From an uncultured Gemmatimonadales bacterium (lineage in GTDB: Bacteria > Gemmatimonadota > Gemmatimonadetes > Longimicrobiales > RSA9), in NCBI GenBank assembly GCA_963708135.1, contig OY970192.1:4544001-4608000 (forward strand): a DNA stretch of 64,000 nt. Direction: 5' to 3'. This document shows, in pieces, positions 60,859 through 64,000 of the stretch (the stretch's first letter is position 1; every line of letters starts with the position of its first letter). The notes beneath the pieces are model-generated. The model had not been told where the DNA came from. It searched no databases and saw only the letters and a program-made list of their open reading frames with translations. Both the position numbers and the translations under genes were made by a program.

Positions 60859-61836
60859 CTACCGCGGGCCGCGGGCGATGCGGACGCCGAAGCGGTGCAC
60901 CGCGCCGAAGAAATCGAGGTTCTGGTAGGTGTAGTCGAGGGCAATGCGGCCGAGGGTGAGGCCGCCGCCGAAGTCGACCGCGCCGAGCCCGCCGGCGCCC
61001 TGCCCCGCGTCGTAGCCGAGGCGGGCCACCGCGCCGAGCCCGCCGGTCCGGGCGGGAAACAGGCCGGCCTCGATCCCGGTCGCGAGCCCGCCGGTGCTCT
61101 CGCGGAGCCGGGCCACGTAGTCGGCGGAGACGAGCACGCCTAGTCCGCCGGCCGAGGCGGCCTCGAAGGTAACGCCGGCGCGCCCCTCAGTGGGCAGGCG
61201 CGCGCCCTGCGCGCCCGAGGTGGATCCGCCCAGGTTGCGCAGCGAGGCGCCGAGCGTGAGCCCGGGCAGCGCGACGAACTGGGCACCGGCATCGAAGAGG
61301 GGCGCACCGCTGGTCTGTCCGGCAAGGCTCGTGGACACGAAGCCCGCACCGGCGCCCAGCCGCAGGCGCCCCTGCATGAGCGGCAGCCCGAACGAGAGGC
61401 GGGCGGCGCTCTCGCTGGCCGAGACGCTCTCGCCGGTGGCCTGGCCGCGCTGCCCCCCGAAGGCGGGATCGGGCGTCACCACGTCGATCGAGCCTTCGTT
61501 CAGGAACACGCCGCCCGCGCCGAGCGTCAGCGGGCCGACGCGGAGCGCGCCGGAGGCGGAGATGAGCGAGACATCCTGGACGAAGCGCTCGTAGGAGACC
61601 GCGCCGCCGGCGTCGAGCGAGGCGAGCCCGGCGGGGTTGTAGAAGAGCACGTCCGGGTCGCCGCCAGCTGCCGCGTAGGCGCCGGAGAGCGCGGCGGCGC
61701 GACTGCCCGCGGGCATTTGGAGCACCTGCGCGCCGGTGGAGCCGGCGCCGCTCTGGGCGGCGGCGGGCGCGGCGAGGGCGAGCGCCGCCGCGGCGGCGAG
61801 GGCGTGGAGCGGCAGATTCAGCGCGTGCTTCGGCAT
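60859..61836 (-). CDS. PorV/PorQ-family outer-membrane beta-barrel (T9SS-associated)
   Basis: Signal peptide; GSRAAALSGAY, LFYNPAGLA, alternating beta strands, C-terminal DYTY...VHRFGV. Confidence 0.8.
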   Translation of the reverse strand: MPKHALNLPLHALAAAAALALAAPAAAQSGAGSTGAQVLQMPAGSRAAALSGAYAAAGGDPDVLFYNPAGLASLDAGGAVSYERFVQDVSLISASGALRVGPLTLGAGGVFLNEGSIDVVTPDPAFGGQRGQATGESVSASESAARLSFGLPLMQGRLRLGAGAGFVSTSLAGQTSGAPLFDAGAQFVALPGLTLGASLRNLGGSTSGAQGARLPTEGRAGVTFEAASAGGLGVLVSADYVARLRESTGGLATGIEAGLFPARTGGLGAVARLGYDAGQGAGGLGAVDFGGGLTLGRIALDYTYQNLDFFGAVHRFGVRIARGPR

Positions 61837-61840
61837 TTCG

Positions 61841-64000
61841 TTACTCCTGCGCCCCGGGGGCGGAGCCGAGGATCATGAGCTTCTTTCGGACCACCTGACC
61901 GGCGACGTCGAAGACCACGAGGTAAAGCCCGGGCGCGACCCTGCTGCCCTCGTCGTTCGTGAGATCCCAGTCCACCCGGCCGTCGGAGTCGAGCCGTGGC
62001 AGCAGGTCCGTGACCCGCCGGCCAGCGAGGGTGAAGACGCCGGCCACGGTCGGTCGCTCGCTGAAGTCGAAGATGACGTGGCCATGGCGGACCGGGTTCT
62101 CGCTCAGGGCGAAGACCTCATCCGGCGCGAGCACGCTGCTCGTGGCGAGCGTGGAGGTGACGGCCGAGGTGGGGCCGTCGACGCGGTCGGCGGCCTGCGA
62201 GAGAGTGCCCAGCGTGCGGGTGTCCTGTGGCACCAGCGTCGCCTGGAAGGTGGCGCCGTTCGGCGCCGTCCCGCTGAGCGCGAGGGCGATGACCAGGGAC
62301 ACGGAATCGTGCGCCTCCAGCGTCAGCGACTGGAAGGCGAGCTCGACCGTGACCGGCGCGCCCGGGCGGAGCATCGCGGGAGCGGAGGCGAGGACCGGCT
62401 CATCGGCCGCGGCCGCGCCATCGTGGTTCACGTCGCGAACGGCGAGCACGGTGGCGGCGCTGTCCGTCCCCGTGACCTGCACGCCGAGGCGCTTCAGCTG
62501 CACCGGCTCGTACCCGTTCACCCGGAGGTCCACGGCCAGAAGTGGGAGCCGGGTGCCCGAGGGGCCGTAGACGGGCTTCGAGCGCGCGGCAGAGCCGCCG
62601 CTCACGGCCAGGGTAGCGGGCGGCGCGACGAGGACGGCGGCGCTGTCCCGCTTGACGCCCGCCGTGACGACGATGTAGGCGGTCCCGGTCTCGAGGGCGC
62701 TCACGCGGCCGGCGCCATCCACACTCGCGACGGCCGGATTCGTGGACGCCCACGTCAGCTCCGCCGCGACCTGCTGCCCGATCGAGTTCAGCGCGTGCGC
62801 CGTCATCTGGCGCTTCTCGCCCTGCACCAGCGTGTCGGCGTGCGGGCTGACCAGCACGCTGGCAATGGCGCCGGGGTCAGCCAGCAGCACGTCCAGCGCC
62901 GTCTTCACGTTCAGCTTCCCGTACCCCCACCAGTCCTCGGGCGAGCCGCCCGCGTCGTAGATGTGGCCGGTAAAAGCATCATGGGCGGCGGTGTTCGAGA
63001 GCAGCTGTCGCACGCCGGCCGCATCGAGCGAGGGGTCCAGCTGCAGCATGAGCGCCACGCCGCCCGTGACGTGCGGCGTGGCCATGCTCGTCCCCTCGAG
63101 CGCCCAGTGCACGCCATCGGTCGTGATGCGATTCGGCGTCACCGTCGCATCGCGAGAGAGCGAGGATACCACGGAGATGCCGGGAGCGGTGATCTCGGGC
63201 TTCAACACCCCATCGGCGCGGGGACCGGCGCCGGAGAAGCGGGCAATGTCCCCGATCTGCTCCCACTGCAGGAAGCACGTGTAGCCGGTGAAGCCGGTGA
63301 CGGGACAGTGCCCCGCCGGGGAGGGCCAGGCCATGCGCGTGGCGTACGCGCCGACCGTGATCACCGAGTTGGCGTCCCCGGGAGAGGCGACGACGTAGCG
63401 ATCGTCGAAGCCGGTCGCGCCGATGGCGCCCACCCCGCCGCCGTAGCTGAGCCAGAAGTGGAACGGCCGGCCCGACTCGGCGTGCGCGGCGCTGACGCGC
63501 AGCGTCCAGGTGCCTGACCCGGGGGCATCGGCGGCGTCGCCGCAGTCGTTGGCCTGGATGATGGCCCCAACGTCGTGGTTGTTCGGGTCGGGGCCGGTGG
63601 AGCCGTTGTCGAGGTAGATGTCACCCGTGCCGGCGACGGAGTCCGTCTGCTGCCCGCGTTTCGCGAGCAGGCTGGTCCCATCGGGGCGCTCGAGCGTCAG
63701 CTCGAGGGAGTCGGCGCCCGGATACCAGAAATCCAGCTGGAAGTAGTCGTTGCAGGAGCCGTCGGCCGGAGTGTAGCTCGGGATGCTCACGGTGTACGCG
63801 TCCGAGGCGCCGGTGGCCAGCTGGCCCATCCCGTGGATCAGGGGGAGCACGGAGGAGGAGGGGGGCGTGGAGCCCGGGGGCGTATAGGTGTCGCCGTTTG
63901 CGCCGTCGTTCCCGGCCGCCACGACCACGACGAAGCTGTCCCGGGAGAGCGCATCGATGGCGCGCTCGAAGCTCGAGGTGCCGTCGTGCGGGCCGCCCTC
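61841..64000 (-). CDS. S8 subtilisin-like peptidase with Ig-like domain and T9SS-type C-terminal sorting domain (5' end outside the window)
   Basis: VVAAGN, KPEITAPG, GTSMATPHV, WGYGKL; TWASTNPAVASVD (Ig group 2); ENPVR...WDLTNDEG..VAPGLYLV...KLMIL. Confidence 0.88.
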   Translation of the reverse strand, partial: EGGPHDGTSSFERAIDALSRDSFVVVVAAGNDGANGDTYTPPGSTPPSSSVLPLIHGMGQLATGASDAYTVSIPSYTPADGSCNDYFQLDFWYPGADSLELTLERPDGTSLLAKRGQQTDSVAGTGDIYLDNGSTGPDPNNHDVGAIIQANDCGDAADAPGSGTWTLRVSAAHAESGRPFHFWLSYGGGVGAIGATGFDDRYVVASPGDANSVITVGAYATRMAWPSPAGHCPVTGFTGYTCFLQWEQIGDIARFSGAGPRADGVLKPEITAPGISVVSSLSRDATVTPNRITTDGVHWALEGTSMATPHVTGGVALMLQLDPSLDAAGVRQLLSNTAAHDAFTGHIYDAGGSPEDWWGYGKLNVKTALDVLLADPGAIASVLVSPHADTLVQGEKRQMTAHALNSIGQQVAAELTWASTNPAVASVDGAGRVSALETGTAYIVVTAGVKRDSAAVLVAPPATLAVSGGSAARSKPVYGPSGTRLPLLAVDLRVNGYEPVQLKRLGVQVTGTDSAATVLAVRDVNHDGAAAADEPVLASAPAMLRPGAPVTVELAFQSLTLEAHDSVSLVIALALSGTAPNGATFQATLVPQDTRTLGTLSQAADRVDGPTSAVTSTLATSSVLAPDEVFALSENPVRHGHVIFDFSERPTVAGVFTLAGRRVTDLLPRLDSDGRVDWDLTNDEGSRVAPGLYLVVFDVAGQVVRKKLMILGSAPGAQE

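Overview
Very high-GC bacterial chromosome segment, mostly core-like genes. Gene content (PorV plus a T9SS-type CTD substrate, alternative complex III, LPS heptosyltransferase, TonB systems) points to a diderm of the FCB group, most plausibly Gemmatimonadota (inference). Left to right: a truncated IS630-family element with an A8 -1 frameshift; ABC transporter; PAP2; a solitary GspE/PilB ATPase; a prkA-yeaH-spoVR operon with two extra genes and a G-quadruplex-like intergenic repeat; DUF255 plus luxE/luxC-like genes; macrodomain; a broken lytic transglycosylase; a lipoprotein-HAMP kinase-FAD oxidoreductase operon; a divergently transcribed gas-vesicle-like cluster; Cwh43-like EEP membrane protein; APC permease; kup; tonB-exbB-exbD-exbD-tonB; actABCDEF; trmJ; ilvE; an MFS gene and a secreted-protein gene bracketed by two copies of a CTAG-ended MITE; peptidases; SLT; hslO; GT9; orphan GroES-like gene; porV and an S8 peptidase cut by the window edge. 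The best candidate for an undescribed system is the gvp cluster (F/L-G-ArsA-F/L-S-F/L-K-J-A-PAS kinase), which has no gvpN/O/C in the window and carries a two-lobed ArsA/GET3-family ATPase instead. No rRNA, tRNA or CRISPR array was seen. All family calls come from motif recognition by eye; no database search was run.
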